Assembly: GCA_013265495.1 (NCBI GenBank)
Contig: MU059756.1
Span: 310,001-374,000, forward strand
Direction: 5' to 3'
Source: Vicugna vicugna
Taxonomy: Eukaryota
Length of the DNA stretch: 64,000 bases
The first letter of the stretch is position 1. Each line of letters begins with the position of its first letter. The notes beneath the pieces are model-generated. The model was not told the origin of the DNA. It made no database searches and saw only the letters and a list, made by a program, of their open reading frames with translations. Below, piece by piece: positions 35,736 through 49,148 of the stretch. A program made the translations under genes and the position numbers.

Positions 35736-38289
35736 AGGGTATTATTTCTGTCTATTTAATAAATAAGAACATTGGAGAGTAGGGAGTGAAGTTCAGTAAC
35801 TTTGTCCAGATACTCAATTCTGGTTAATAATTGAACCAGGTTTAGAACTCAGTTCTTTCAGAGCTGCAGAGAAGCTCTCTGGGAACATCATGCAAGGGCG
35901 TGGTCTGGTACCAAAAGGTAACAGGTAGAAATCTACATCCAGAGCAAGCTTTCAGGATCTCAAAAGTCCTGTATTGTAGCAACTTACTGATACGATGCTT
36001 CCTAGAAATCATATGAAAACAGTTGTCACTGCATGACTAAATGATCCACTCATCCTACTGCTGAAGACTTCGACTCCTTAAGAAGTGACCAATACACTGT
36101 ATTTACTCTACTTTGAATGGGGTAGGCAGTCGTCAATTCATTTATAGTTTGTTTAGTAAAATTCAGTTGTTCTAATTTCTTTTGATGGGAAAGGTCACAG
36201 AGCCACAAGAAAACCTTTTGTTTTTCTAGTAAAAAAATACCTTTTGAGTTCTACATTAGGATTCCAGGGATCCTGGTTCTGTCGTTGGAGGTGACATCAG
36301 TGGGGGAGCTTTGAACCTCTTGTTTCCTCACCTCGCTATGGGTTCCTGGACACTAGGCCTGTTCATTCTTCGCACTTGTCCATGGGGGTGGCACCACTGG
36401 ACAGTGGGCACACCTCCAGGGCACTTCTCCTTGAGCTTTTCTGACCTGGGAAAGATGGGCTATTGCCTACGCTGGCAGACTGGGATCGCAGGCTGTCCAG
36501 GGACCTGCTCACCAGCCTGGATCACTCAGAAATAATACCCATATGTTGGGGACCGCTTGTGTTAAGAATAATCTTTGTGAGCCAGTTAATACTGCGAGAG
36601 ATTTTTTCCTAACATTGTCATTGTGCTATTTGCAGCACAAGTTCCAGCAAAACAACCTTTCCATTTTATCATCGGAATTGTAGAGGCAGCATGTAAAGTA
36701 ATTAAAATCATGGCGCCAGGGCAATCTGTGTGAGATGCTGTCAGAACTGGAAGTGGAATTCAGACATTCCTAAATTTCTGTGTGTATGCTTCAGTCACAC
36801 CCAGGGAACTTTAATATGTTTTTCAGGGCTTTGTTTGCGGAGGATGGGAAACGTGGATTTGGTCAGTGTCCAGGTATATATTGGAAATGTGGCGCTGATA
36901 GAAAAAAATTCACTGAGGAGATATAAAGTGGAAAATGAGGGTAAAAAGATACGTTTTCTAGCTGGTCTTCTGCACTGCCAGCTGAAAGGTGAATTCTTTA
37001 ATCTAAACTGAAATCCATCTCCAGAGTCCCCTAGGTAACGTGTCAAATACTGTCACGGAGCTTGGATCCCTTTAGTTACGCTCTGTTATTTCTGAACGTG
37101 AGCCTGACACGAAAATCTTCTCTTAAGAAGGATTCCCAGAAGGGCTACTGTAGCTGTGCTCATGCTTTAGAATAAAAGTAAATCCGTTTCTCACTTAAAC
37201 ACACGCACACATATACACACAAAAAGCTTAGTTTGTGTCCATGAAAAATATCTTTGCATGTCTAGACAGTAGTGCTGATCAGTTGCTTTTCATAAGGAAG
37301 GAATACAGAAAAACTATTATTCTCCCCCAGAAACCTTGTAAGGCCCTACGTGACCCAAGTGACCTCTCGCTCAACTAGTGAAACAGGAGCCAGAAGTGTG
37401 TAAGGAGCCTGAGCTTGACGACTGATGTTATGAATCAGTCCCAGCACTGTGGACCTTTCCTGTTTGGAGCCCCTGAAAGACTGTTGCTGATTGTCCTGTA
37501 GACTGAGGGTGAAAACTCTTCAGAACCAGTGTGAGTGGTGTCACTGACAGATTGTTAGATTTCCACTCAGATGGCATTATAACTAGTAGAAAGGAAACTC
37601 TGTAGTGTAATTAACTTACAGAAAGGAAGGAAGCATTAAAGCACAATTTTACAGGCAAAAATGGCACAGAAGGATCAAAGGGGAACGTTTATTCGCTATC
37701 TGCTTTTCCAGATACTGTGCTCGGGGTGTTGCTGATGGGCTTTGCAATAATGAGAAAAGGATTTTGTTTTTGTTTTGCATTTACAGAGTGGCCAGAATGG
37801 CCTGATGCCTGCTGGGGGGGAGGTATCGATGTGTTTCTGTCTATTTTCCACCTAAATTAAATTTTTTTCTCCTATTCTCCCGGACATCTTTCTCCATGCA
37901 TGTTTATGACTGTAAGTCATCAAAGGCATCTGGAAAGCTGTTTTTAGGTCTTCAGCTGTTGTTGGATGGAGTTGAGAAATTTTTGCTTTCACAGCAGCCC
38001 AAAGTGAGTTGTCACATATGGTTAAGTCCGAACCCTAAAGCGACTGCAGGGTCCAGTCCTGTGAAGTCCATTATGTGCGGAATTTGTGGCCAAAATATAT
38101 TCTACCTGGGGTATGAGAAGATGCTGGGACACTTACTGTATTATCACAGGAGAGCTGTTGCCCAAAGCAGCTATGGGTTTTTTTCACACAGCTGTGGAAC
38201 AAACCACATCCGAAGCATGTTCTGTGTGTGATTGACCTTTGTATTGAACACATATTGAAATTGTCACCATTGCACATGGGGAAAGAGAG

Positions 38290-38440
38290 GCTCATTTAAC
38301 AGAAACACAGCCTCCTGCATCCTGATCTGCTCAGATAAGAGGAGGGAGGTTCAAAGAGGTTAAGTAACTTGCTCGGGTCACGTGACCAGGGAAGTCGTAG
38401 AGCAAGAGGGCTCATTCCTGGGTTTGACTGACGCCAATGC
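38290..38440 (-). mobile_element. MIR fragment
   Basis: GAGGTTCAAAGAGGTTAAGTAACTTGCTCGGGTCAC is the reverse MIR core. Confidence 0.7.
38376..38387. promoter_or_regulatory. Perfect palindromic E-box GGTCACGTGACC (USF/MiT-TFE CLEAR-type)
   Basis: Direct reading; the site lies inside a MIR. Confidence 0.4.
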
Positions 38441-40908
38441 CTGTGCTCCTATTGCAGGATTTCGCCGACTTTGGTGGTGAAAGACTAAGTTTTCGTTTTC
38501 ATTTTGTTTGATTTTGTTTTAAATTTCCAATCCATTGTAATATTGTACACATTATACCTTCTATTACACCTTGAAATACTGATTGTACCTGATTAGTACA
38601 CAACTCGCATCACATGCAACTCACCCAGGATACGAGTAACACCTAAACCAACTGACATGTTGTTCAACAAGACGAGTCCTCTATCATGTGCTTTGGTAGA
38701 TGTTTCGTGATTAAGGTACTATTTCTGTACATTGTAGTTTACTGCTGCTGGAGGAAGGGAAGAAGTAAGAAGACACTTATAAAATATCATTAAATAAACT
38801 TTAGTATTAAGTTTGTTATTAATTGATCCCCTATAAGTTAACAATTTTAAGAAAATGTTTGATGCCTAATTATTTCCTTTATACGCAATTAAACATGGTA
38901 TTTGTAGTAATTTTATTTTTTAAGGCTATCAATCAGAAAATAGCATCTAATTAGAACAATATTTCTATGGGAAAATCACATCTTGCTGAAATATCTTTTG
39001 ACTTCAACACTTTCCTCAAGAAAAAAACCTATCAGACAGAAGTGTGAAAACTGCCTGTACTTAGCAGAATAATTTGTTATGTAAGCCAGTACTGGTTAAA
39101 TGGTGCAATATGGTACCTCTTGGGTTCCTTTGGCCCAAGACATCATAAACAATCTTCTAGAATTTTAGCATCTGCAACATAAAGAAAAAAAATACCACTG
39201 CCTATCTTTGGTAATACGAGCAGACCTAATTCTATGGTGAACAAGTATAAAAATTTTTTTGACACTCTCAAAAGCCTTGACAATGATGCCGAATATGAAG
39301 TGGCAGAATAAGAAGTTTGGTCTTTGGTCTTTGACTCTCATTGTTCATAGATTCTTTCCCTTCATATTAGATTTCAGTTCTGTCTCATGGTTTGGAGGTC
39401 AGTTTCACTTGGTGCCGCAGGTATAGGTGTTCATGAGGTCAGTCCCTCTTCCTACCACTTCTTTGCCTTGAAAAGTCAAGGATGACTTCAATTACTGGGG
39501 ATTCTTGATTTAGCTGATCTCTTGCATTGAAATTAATCTATCTGGAGAGAGTATGGAAATGTATATCCAAATTATTATAGAAATTAATAAAAATGAAATT
39601 TGCTTTAGTTTTAATGAAAAATGGAAATTGAATAGCTTCTTTATAAATAAAATCTATGAGTAGTATCTTAAGTAAAGATCTAAATAATACATTTAAAAAA
39701 TGCTGGTATTTGTTGTAGATTCCCGGGCTCAATTCTCTCTCGCTCTGTTTTTGAATTTCCAAAGAGAGGGACTTAAATACTTAGTGTGTGCTGTGTCTTA
39801 AGTCTGTCATTTTTTTTCTTTCTGGTAAAGGCATCATTGTGCCTCGGTTTTTAATACGAGGGAAAATGAAGGTGGGAGTGGAATTTGTATTAAATATTTG
39901 GAATTTTTCTTCCTCCCCACCCCCAACATCTAAAACATGCATGGGATTTGGAAAACAAATTAGAAGCAGAGTCTTTCATCGATATTTTAAAAATGCATTT
40001 CTAAATGGTGAAGCGTTCTGATTTCTGAATAGTGCTATTTCGCTTAGGAGCTTACGTTGCCAAGTGATATGCAATAATCTCTATTTTTTTTTCCTTGGGT
40101 TTTATTTTGACTTCCTGCAGCATGAAAGACCTTTTATATGAAAAAGCTAATATTAAATGTCCACTTTGCTAATATAAACGTATTTGTTAGTATAAACTAG
40201 TAATAGTACAAGCTAATTTTACATTTTGGGGGGGTGGTATCTCTGCTAAGGGAATAGAGAGTAATTAGAATCAGAAATAGTTTTGCTTCTTTGTCTCTCT
40301 CTGTCCCTAAATTCCTGGGTTAGTGGGAACATGCAGACCATACAGGAAACAAAGGTTGTGCTTCCTTCTCTTAGACATTAATTTTAAAACAAAAGGGGAC
40401 AGATGGGCCAGAACAGACCACCAAAAAAGTATTTTATAAGAGACGCAAGTTTGGCCGTTTAAAGTCATGTCTAAAATAGACTCACTGCTGTGCACGTGTT
40501 TAGCATGTTCCCTGGCGCACACACAAGGCTCTCTGTATCTATTTGTGGAGCGAATGAGTCAAATCAGAATAACTGATTTTGGTGAGAGTTGAGAACTTCA
40601 TTAGTGTGGGTCACCAGTGGTTGAAATTACCTGTATTTTCCAAACAAACTTTCTGTCCTCATTTTGGTTGACTGTGTTGATGAGGAAAGAGACCCTAACA
40701 CTCAGAAGTCCAAATACAGCTCCTCACAGAAGCATTCATGTTACAGCGATGCAACGTGGAAATCATAACAGCCTTTTTTCCCCACCTAATCCTATTTTTA
40801 TGATGTTTCTTGTACTACTTGTTTAGATACTAATGTAGCAACAACAGCTTTCTTACACTTAGAGTTAACATGATATATCTTTTTTCATAATTTTCACTTC
40901 TGACTTTT

Positions 40909-41178
40909 TTTTATTTGTTATTTTTATTGAAGTATGGTCGCTTTACAGTGTGTTAATTTCTGGTATACATCATAGTGATTCAGCTGTTCACATATATACA
41001 TATATTCCTTTTCCTATTCTTTTTCACTATAGGCCATTACAGGATGTTTAATATGGTTTCCCATGCTATACTTTAGGACCTTGTTGTTTATCTATCTTAT
41101 ATATAGTGGTTAGCATCTGCAAATCCCAAACTCCCACTTTATCCCTTCCCATGCCTTCCCACCCACTGGTAACCACAT
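40909..41178 (-). mobile_element. 5'-truncated L1 3' end (cetartiodactyl type), beside an older L1-like fragment at about 40795-40890
   Basis: ATTGAAGTATGGTCGCTTTACAGTGTG...AGGACCTTGTTGTTTATCTAT...CAAATCCCAAACTCCC...GGTAACCAC. Candidate TSD CTG(A/G)CTTTT at 40900-40908 and 41180-41188. Confidence 0.85.
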
Positions 41179-44100
41179 GCTGGCTTTTGGTCATTTCAGC
41201 AGCACTCATCTCCTTCCCCTCCTCATTCCATTTTATCATAGGTAATTACATTATTAGACATCAGTAGTTTAACCAGGATAAACAATAATTGCTGGAAAAC
41301 TACAATTTTTAGTTTGGAGAAAAGAGTTGCTAAGTAAATAGAAGGGAAGAATATGAACGTGTTGTGTTAGGCGATCCTTTTTTTTTTTTTTTAATGTAAC
41401 TGTGTAGCAATTCAGGAAGTGACTTAAATTTTGCCTGCCAATGTTTGATGCTGGATTTTTATCAAAGGAAGGGTCATATCATTTTTCATGTGTGCTTGGT
41501 TAGAGATTTGTTTAAATGGAAACATAAGCTAGCAAGCGACAGTCTCACCTTGGGGAATGAGTTTCTGCATAAAAGCTTTGTGTCTCATGCTCCAGTGGAA
41601 AGAAAAAAAGTCCTATTGGATGTCTTTTTCTGTCTGCTCTGGGAGTGCAGCAAACGTGAGCAACATAGTGAGTTCAGACCACCTGTGAGACTGCAAATTG
41701 CTTTCCTGAATGTTGAATTAAATAACAACATTTGATTATAGTATTTAAAACAAATCAAGGAATATTCAGATGAATCAGTGGATAAACAAATTTAATAGTA
41801 ATATGGACCTTGCTCTCATTGCAAATGGATTATTATCCAATGAAACTGTGCTTTCATGTTGTAAAGCTTTCCAGATTTTGGGACACCAGGGCAGCTGTAT
41901 TTTTCAAAACCTTCACATGTGATCCAAAAGCATCATTTCCTAGGAGAAATGGAATTATGTTAATGTTCAGTATTTATAAGGAATAACTAAAATCTTTTCT
42001 GAAGACATCAGAAATACACCTGGTGAAGAAAAGCTCTCCTGCCAGATAAAATGGAATGTTCTGGATTAACCAAGGGAGCAGCTTGACTGAGAGAGATTCA
42101 CGGAGCAGGTGCTGCTGGGTCTCTAATTCCAGCGTGCAGAGGATGTGAGGAGATTTGCCTGACCTCAAGGGCTAAGAGCTATTAATAAAAGCAACTCAGC
42201 AATTTCCTTCTATGTTGCTTGCTTTGTTTTGAAGGATGTGCCCACATAAAACTCACTGACTCAAGGAAATGCAAGCTGACTCAGACCTAACAAAAACTGT
42301 GGAAAAGGCTGCATCTGTCAGAGAAAATTGCAGTAAGAGACAGTGCAGATAACATCTTTCTGGATAGCTATTGCCAGGGGGACTGAAGGGGGTTGAAATG
42401 CATACAGGAGATGGCTCAGAGACTGAAGGGCTCTTCCAGTTTGTCTGAGTCTGAATAGTTCCCCAAACTTCCACACCCATTTGGTTTGGGTTCAATAGCT
42501 GGCATATTTTCTTTGTACACAGTTCTATTTTTGATACTCCTAAACAGCCACTCGGTGATTTTTTCAGTCATATGTGTATTTTTCTATCATTCAGGGCATA
42601 ATTTTGGGGGCAATTCATACTAATACATGAGCTTGACTTTCAAGGTAAGCCACTGGTCCTGAAACTACTTGGTGGGTGTCTGGCCAGTTCATAACTTCTG
42701 CTTGTGGTGACTCTTCTTTGCCCAACACAATGGTCTCTTTGCTTGGCAATCTACCTTTCATTAGGCAGTCAACGTCTCACAGCAACGCTCCGCTCCCCAG
42801 ATAACCCTGGGAACAGAGGAGCTAACACAACCATAAACCCTTGCCAAGTACAACAACGTGAGCTTCCATCTGCCCCGAGGAGAGGCGTCCCTCGAAACCT
42901 CAGTGTCCCCAGGGCTGACCATGAGAGCAGTGGGATTTTCAGTCTTGCTCAACACTGGGGACTTGAGCATCTGTTAGGATAATCTTCCCTTCCCTAGTGG
43001 TTAGGGAGATCATACTCATAAAAGAAATCTTCTTGTGGACTGTATTTTGCCTAAATCTGCCCATCCACAGTCTCTGTTGTGAGGACCAGACCATCAGACT
43101 GAGTGCTGGGTGATATTGCCAACTTCTTCTGGCCTGGATAGTCTTGCTCAATTACTATGTGTTTTGCAGGTACAGATTAAGAGAATCTTCACTGTTTTTC
43201 CCATTCTTTATTAACTTGTAGGAAGCATATTGGGATCTCAAGCCTCTGATTGACGATCGGTTCATTGATTGCCAATAAAAGGTGGGCTCCTCTGATCCTG
43301 TGTCCCTCAGCACTAGTTTAGGTGGAAAATGATGGGAGTCATCTGAAATAAGAGCCCCTGTTAGGTAACCATAAAGCGGAAAGGATCAGAGGCACCTGGG
43401 AAATTTTTGTCCTTAAATTTTTTGGCAATAAATACTGCAGTTGAGGCACTCTTAAAGATTTTCAAGAAAAACAGTAAAAGTGGATTGTTGCAATTAGTTC
43501 CTCCAATTAGGTATTTTTAAAAAGCATAAAAATATGTAAAGTTCTCCTGATCTATTTGTCCACTGACCTGTATCTTTCCACTGTAATTTTCAAGTAGAAT
43601 TTATTTAGCCTAAAAAGGGAAATTAACTTTGTACGATGACCTGTGATTAGCGTTTCTGTGTATTCTGGGGACAGGGTAGCCACTGACCTTGGTATCTTAC
43701 TGTAGTATCTGTTGGTCTTGGCAGTACCTTCATCTTCCAGGGCGCATTCCCAGAATGGTTCAGTAAAACCAGTGCAATCTTTGGAGGAATTTGGTTCTTT
43801 GTGGCTGAGAAAAATATATACTAACTTAGAGGGGGTTTTATTTCCCTTATATTCTAGAGAATTGCCATTGTGGAAAGGATTAAAAGTTCAAATATAATAG
43901 AGTGAAGTTTCCCTAAAGGATTCTGGTTTGAAGGCTCAGTATATTGAGTAATTGTTCTAAAAGAGATCTTTCTTGTCAAAGGGTTTGGAGGGTCACTGCC
44001 GGTCCATTTCCAAGCTGATGATGAAGGGAACAATTCTAAACTGCAGGTTCAATTGGAACTTAGTAGAGGAAAAGCCTCCATTCTGGCAGTCATTACTTGT

Positions 44101-44721
44101 TTCGGTCACAGATGAGACCTGTGAGATTTGGGCAGCATGAGGTGAAGTGTGTGCAGCAGGGGTCTGAGGATTTACAGTGGCATTCTTGCTGTGGTTGCAC
44201 TTTTGAAACCTCTGAATCTATGACTGCCTCATGCAAGTGTATATTAAAATAGATGAAAAACTAGATCCCTAATTAGTCGGGAAAGGAAGGTCATCCTCAG
44301 AGATTCGTGAATACAGATAGTTAATGGAACCATAACTTTTAGAAGTCAGTATTCAGAGAACAGCATGGAAATGGCTGGAATAAAGTGAGTTTTGAATGCT
44401 GATTGCTTTATTTTCATACTAGCTAATGAGTTAATGTGCCACACATCCTCTAACCTTTCTGGAATGGTGAACAAATGGAGAGATGTGCTGAGTAAGTGAT
44501 GGAAGACAACGTGAGCTCTAAGGCAGTTAGCTGGAATTTAAAGGACTAAACCATGCGTTTATGATTAAACTAGTAAAAGCCTGTATGTAAATCTAATTGG
44601 TAATGTTTTATCTAAAGGTAAGTGAGAAAACCCCTAACGTTTTTCTTGATCTTTCAAAGTTTCCTTAAAATGGAAAGTGGCTTCAGAAATTGAATTGAGA
44701 GGAAAAGGAAGAATGACATTA

Positions 44722-44745
44722 GTGTGTGTGTGTGTGTGTGTGTGT
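44722..44745. repeat. (GT)12 microsatellite
   Basis: Direct reading. Confidence 0.95.
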
Positions 44746-45252
44746 TTCTGAGTCGAAGACTCTGATGTGAATCAGTATAATGGAAGCATCAGAGACAAAT
44801 TTGAAGGTTAAATTAATTCATTTCATTACAAGAAGGGCAAGTGCTGTGTGAGATACAGGACCTTTGGGGAAGCTGGGCTAAATACTGATTTTTGTTTCTT
44901 TAACAGGGTCACCATTTGCATCTCTGTCTGGAAATAAGATGATTGTTAGGCAGCAAAATGCTGTTTTTATTATTATTTCAGCAATGTCAATCCAAACTCG
45001 ATGACTATGATTCATGGAATCTTCAAGGAAAACCAAATATTCTTTTTTAATAAAGCAACGGAGTTGGGATTTGCACATCTGCTCTTAAAATCTGTTTTTT
45101 ATAATATGGAACATATGTTAATAGCTATATCTTTTATTAAACTGCAGGAAAATTCTTGTCCAGTGGATTAATTCTAGATCCTGGAAATGTGGAACAACAG
45201 AGGAGAGCATATTGAGACAAATGCTCGTTTGTCCCACCTCTTACCCGCAGAG

Positions 45253-45430
45253 CAGTGCTTTCTAAACTGCTGCTTGTGACCCTTATGAGGATAGCACAGT
45301 CAAGCTAGTGGATTTTGACTAGCATTTTAGAAAAGGAAATGGAATAGAAAATAATCACAGTACACTGACCACAGTACTGTGAACTTTGTGTCAGTGATCA
45401 GATGTACTGATCATGATGCAGGATGATTTT
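45253..45430 (+). mobile_element. hAT MITE, MER63-like
   Basis: CAGTGCTTTCTAAACTG start; GACTAGCATTTT...GAAATGGAATAGAAAATAATCACAGT...GTGAACTTTGTGTCAGT resembles MER63 as I recall it. Confidence 0.55.
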
Positions 45431-45744
45431 TCCTGTATTCTAGAGCTTCAGCTTTGGAGGCTGCTTTAGGCTTAGCCAGACCAGAAAGTCCCACCACTTG
45501 TTGCACAGATGAGGCTGACTGGTCCAGGCTAGGGCCATGTCTGATTCAGAGGGCTTGAAGACAGCTACACTTTCCAGTCCCCTATTCTGAAGCTGCATCA
45601 TACCTGCAAGTTCAGAAAGAAATGCTTTCATTTGCCAGAGTGCTCCTAGTCCTTTCCTGCTCTCTTCACGACTTGCACTGACCCAGGAACTAGATACAAT
45701 GTTTGTAATATCTAAGGAAGCATCATTCTTTAATTCTTTTTTTT

Positions 45745-45900
45745 TAAGTTTTTTTGAGAAATAATCCTTATACTGTAACATATAATTCACTCATTTAAAG
45801 TATGAAAATCATGTTTGTAATGTATTCACAGAGTTGTGTGAGCATCACTTCAATCCATTTTTGAACATTTTCACCATCTCAAAAGGAAACGCTGTAGCCA
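45745..45900 (-). mobile_element. Old L1 3' end (L1MB-like)
   Basis: AATTCACTCATTTAAAGTATG...TATTCACAGAGTTGTGTGAGCATCAC...GAACATTTTCACCATCTCAAAAGGAAAC. Confidence 0.75.
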
Positions 45901-45975
45901 TCATGGTCCCACAGTCCTTCTCTTGGATTGATGGTGCCAACTCAACAGAAGCCTTGAGGAGAAAGATTAACTTCT

Positions 45976-46575
45976 TAAAAAAATTTTTTTATTGAAGTAT
46001 ACTTGTTTTACAATGTTGTGTTGGTTTCTGGTGTACTGCAAAGTGATTCATTTATACATATATATGTAGCTTTTCATTATAGGTCATTACAAGCTCTTGA
46101 GTATAGTTCCCTGTGCTGTACTGTGGGATTTTGTTGTTTATCTATTTTATATATAGTAGTTTGTATCTGCTAATCCCAAACTCCTAATTGATCCCTCCCA
46201 CCTCTTCCCTTTAGTAACCATGAATTTGTTTTGTGTGTCTATGAGACTGTTTCTGTTTTTAAATAAGTTCATTTGTGTCATTTTTTAAGATTCCACATAT
46301 AAGTGATATCATATATTTGTCTTTCTCTGTCTGACTTACTGCANNNNNNNNNNNNNNNNNNNNNNNNNNNNNNNNNNNNNNNNNNNNNNNNNNNNNNNNN
46401 NNNNNNNNNNNNNNNNNNNNNNNNNNNNNNNNNNNNNNNNNNNNNNNNNNNNNNNNNNNNNNNNNNNNNNNNNNNNNNNNNNNNNNNNNTCAGTCATCCA
46501 TCAGTGGGCATTTAGGTTGCTTCCATGTCTTGGCTATTGTAATTAGTGCTGCTGTGAACACTGGGGTGCATGTAT
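45976..46575 (-). mobile_element. 5'-truncated L1 spanning an assembly gap
   Basis: ATTGAAGTATACTTGTTTACAATGTTGTG...GATTCCACATATAAGTGATATCATATATTTGTCTTTCTCTGTCTGACTTACT[N]CATTTAGGTTGCTTCCATGTCTTGGCTATTGT. Imperfect TSD AAAGATT(T)AA(C/G)TTCT. Confidence 0.9.
46344..46489. other. Assembly gap, 146 N
   Basis: Run of N. Confidence 1.
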
Positions 46576-46609
46576 GGAAAAAGATTTAAGTTCTGCATCT
46601 AAGCTGACA

Positions 46610-46840
46610 CAGTGGTCTCCAAACTTTATGATCACTTACTTCTTCAGTTAGAAAAAGGTTTTGAGTATGTACTCCCAATTTGTTACATAGAAATACATTT
46701 GTAAGTTACATATGTCTCTATGCTAATATATTGTTATATTATCAAACACACACTAATGAAGTAGAAAAGCTGTTATCTCCCCCACACACCTCTGCAGATC
46801 GTCTGGTGTGCTCCCACACAGTTTTGATGCCCTTGATTGA
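46610..46840. mobile_element. hAT-Charlie-like MITE
   Basis: Begins with the hAT-type TIR CAGTGGTCTCCAAAC. The right end is poorly defined. Confidence 0.4.
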
Positions 46841-46874
46841 GCATAGACAGCCCACTTTGGGTAGGACCCTGCTG

Positions 46875-47215
46875 ACCTCTTAGTCTCTCTTTTTGCCCTC
46901 AGCACCCTCCCACCCACTTCACAAACTCCAGCTGGCTTTCTTAGATGCCAAGTTTTTGTTGTTTTTTTTTCTTTTTCCCCACAGTACCAACACTGAATCT
47001 TAGCTGTTCCCCATGCCTGGAATGCTCTCTCTTCTTGTCTTTCTGGAGGACTCCTTCTAATTCCTAAAGAATATGCCCAGGTTTACCTCCCCTGCTAGTC
47101 TTAATTTCCTAAATACAGTTAGGTGTTCCTCCTTCTCCCTTCCCTTAACAGCCCATACATATTTATTATAACTTAATAAATCTGTCTATCTGCATCCCAT
47201 GCTAGACTATAGGGA
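46875..47215 (+). mobile_element. L2 3' region
   Basis: GCTGTTCCCCATGCCTGGAATGCTCTCTCTT...CTAGACTATAGG resembles L2. Confidence 0.6.
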
Positions 47216-47475
47216 TTAGACTTGTAAATTGCTTATTTTTTTTCTATTAGAAACAGTGTTGTGAAGAATCTTTCCCCCTGTATAGGAGTCTTTGCACATT
47301 TCCACTTGTCTTCTTAGGACAGATTGCTAGAATGTCCATGCCATTTATTGTCGTAGTTTAGAAAATATCCAGAAAAATAGGCTGGGATCAGATTGTGGAG
47401 TGACTTGACTATGAGACTGAAGTGATTCAAGACTGAAGTGATGCAAGTGTTAAGGCCTGTTTATGAGGATGCTGT

Positions 47476-47879
47476 TTATACCAGTTTGCTAGGGCTGTTG
47501 TAACAGGGTACCACAAATGGGGTGGTGTAAACAGCATAAATGCATTCTCTCACAGTTCTGGAGGCCAGAAGTCCAAAGTCAGGGTGTTGGCCTGGTTGGT
47601 TCCTTTTGAGGACTTGGAGGGAAGGATCTGTTCTGGGCCTCTGTCCTTGGCTGCCTTCATGGCATTCTCCCATATATGTGCCTGTGTCCAAAATTTCCCT
47701 TTTTGTAAGGAGACCAGTCAAATTGGATTAGAGGTCTACCCTACTCCAGTATGACCTCATCTTAGCTGAACTAATTATGTCTGTAATTATAATCTCCAAG
47801 TGAGGTCACATTCTGAAATTCTAGGGGTTAGGATTTCAGCATATGAAGTGGAGGAGGGGGGCACAATTCAGCTTCTACA
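47476..47879 (-). mobile_element. MaLR LTR (MLT1A-C-like), near full length
   Basis: CAGTTTGCTAGGGCTGTTGTAACAGGGTACCACAAA...CTCACAGTTCTGGAGGCCAGAAGTCCAAAGTCAGGGTG...GGTTAGGATTTCAGCATATGAA...GGGGCACAATTCAGC. Confidence 0.92.
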
Positions 47880-49148
47880 TTGATTGATACAAAATTGAAT
47901 TTTTATTTTATTTAGGGAGGTTTGATATATTTATAATGTTGAATGTTTTTAATCAGGAACCAGATAAATTTCTCATTTTATGTAAGACCTATTTACATCA
48001 CTTTGTCAATTAAATGTTATAGATTTGGGGCACTTGGAAAATTACAATATTTGGATGACAACAGCAGAATAAGAATATTAGGTGAACTATGTTAGGAAAA
48101 TTAGGTAGATATGAGAATGGAATGGGGTACCTGGCATATAGTTGGCACTCCATAAATGTCTGTGTATCAGATTTGCTGGAGGGAGTAAAATGGTAAGGTA
48201 GAAAATTTAATTTTGCAACGTAAAAGTTGTAGGAAATCTTGCTGTATAATCTAGGGGTCCTTACATATTTGAATTAGTCTAAAATTGTCCTTTATCAGAC
48301 TAAGTTTTAAACAGATCACTTACTTTTGTGTATAGCTTATCATAGAAGAAGTAGAGGAGCTGAAATACTATTATGAAGAAAGAGTTTGCATAAAAAAATT
48401 CATTACCACTAGGGTCTCCTTTTTCTTTTTCTGTTAGTCTTTGGAAATACAGATGATTGAAAATTATTTACATTATATAGGGGGAAAAACTCTCAAAAGG
48501 TGTTTTAAAAGCATTTATTTTCATAGACAAAAGAAAACTCAGAGCCCACCTCCTGCTATGTATCCTATTGCATTTCCAGCTCCTGGGTCCTCCCCTTCCC
48601 AGTTGAGTACGGGTTTAGGAATGTTTGAGGATAGGTCTGTTGTGTCAACATGCGACATTTCATATTTCATCTCAAATCCTGTAGATGAAAGGAGAAATAT
48701 TTCCAGTTTTGAAAACATGGGAATCCTTTGCATTTCACAGACATGCAGTTCCTGGTTTCAGCGTTGCCTTGATACTTGCTACCTTATTACGGTGCTCAGT
48801 TTAACCTTCTACCTTTTGGGTAGCACTGCATATTCAGTTAGTGCATAATTTGCTTTACTTTCTTCTTTCTATGCTGCAGGAAAATTCATCTCTGTAGTTA
48901 AGCGCCACCCGCCCCATCCTCTTACTTTTGGGGAGCCTCTGACAGCTTAGGGTGTGTTTCTCAAGGGAGTCTTCGCTTGTCGCTTTGCTTCCTCAGAAGC
49001 CCTAGGGCGAGCTTTCTGGATGGACTCTTTTTTTTACCATTAATCAACCCAGGCGCTGCCTGGCTCTTCCTCTAGGCTCAAGCTCTAGTCTACAGAACCC
49101 CCACCCCCTCAGTACAGAAAGAACTGTAAAAAGGCAAAGCGTGCACTT

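Noticed and set aside
48899-48920. CTCF-like GGGTGGCGCT half-sites (also at about 26770, 52345 and 58810)
   Set aside because: Each lacks the 5' CCAC/CCGC-AG core of the motif.
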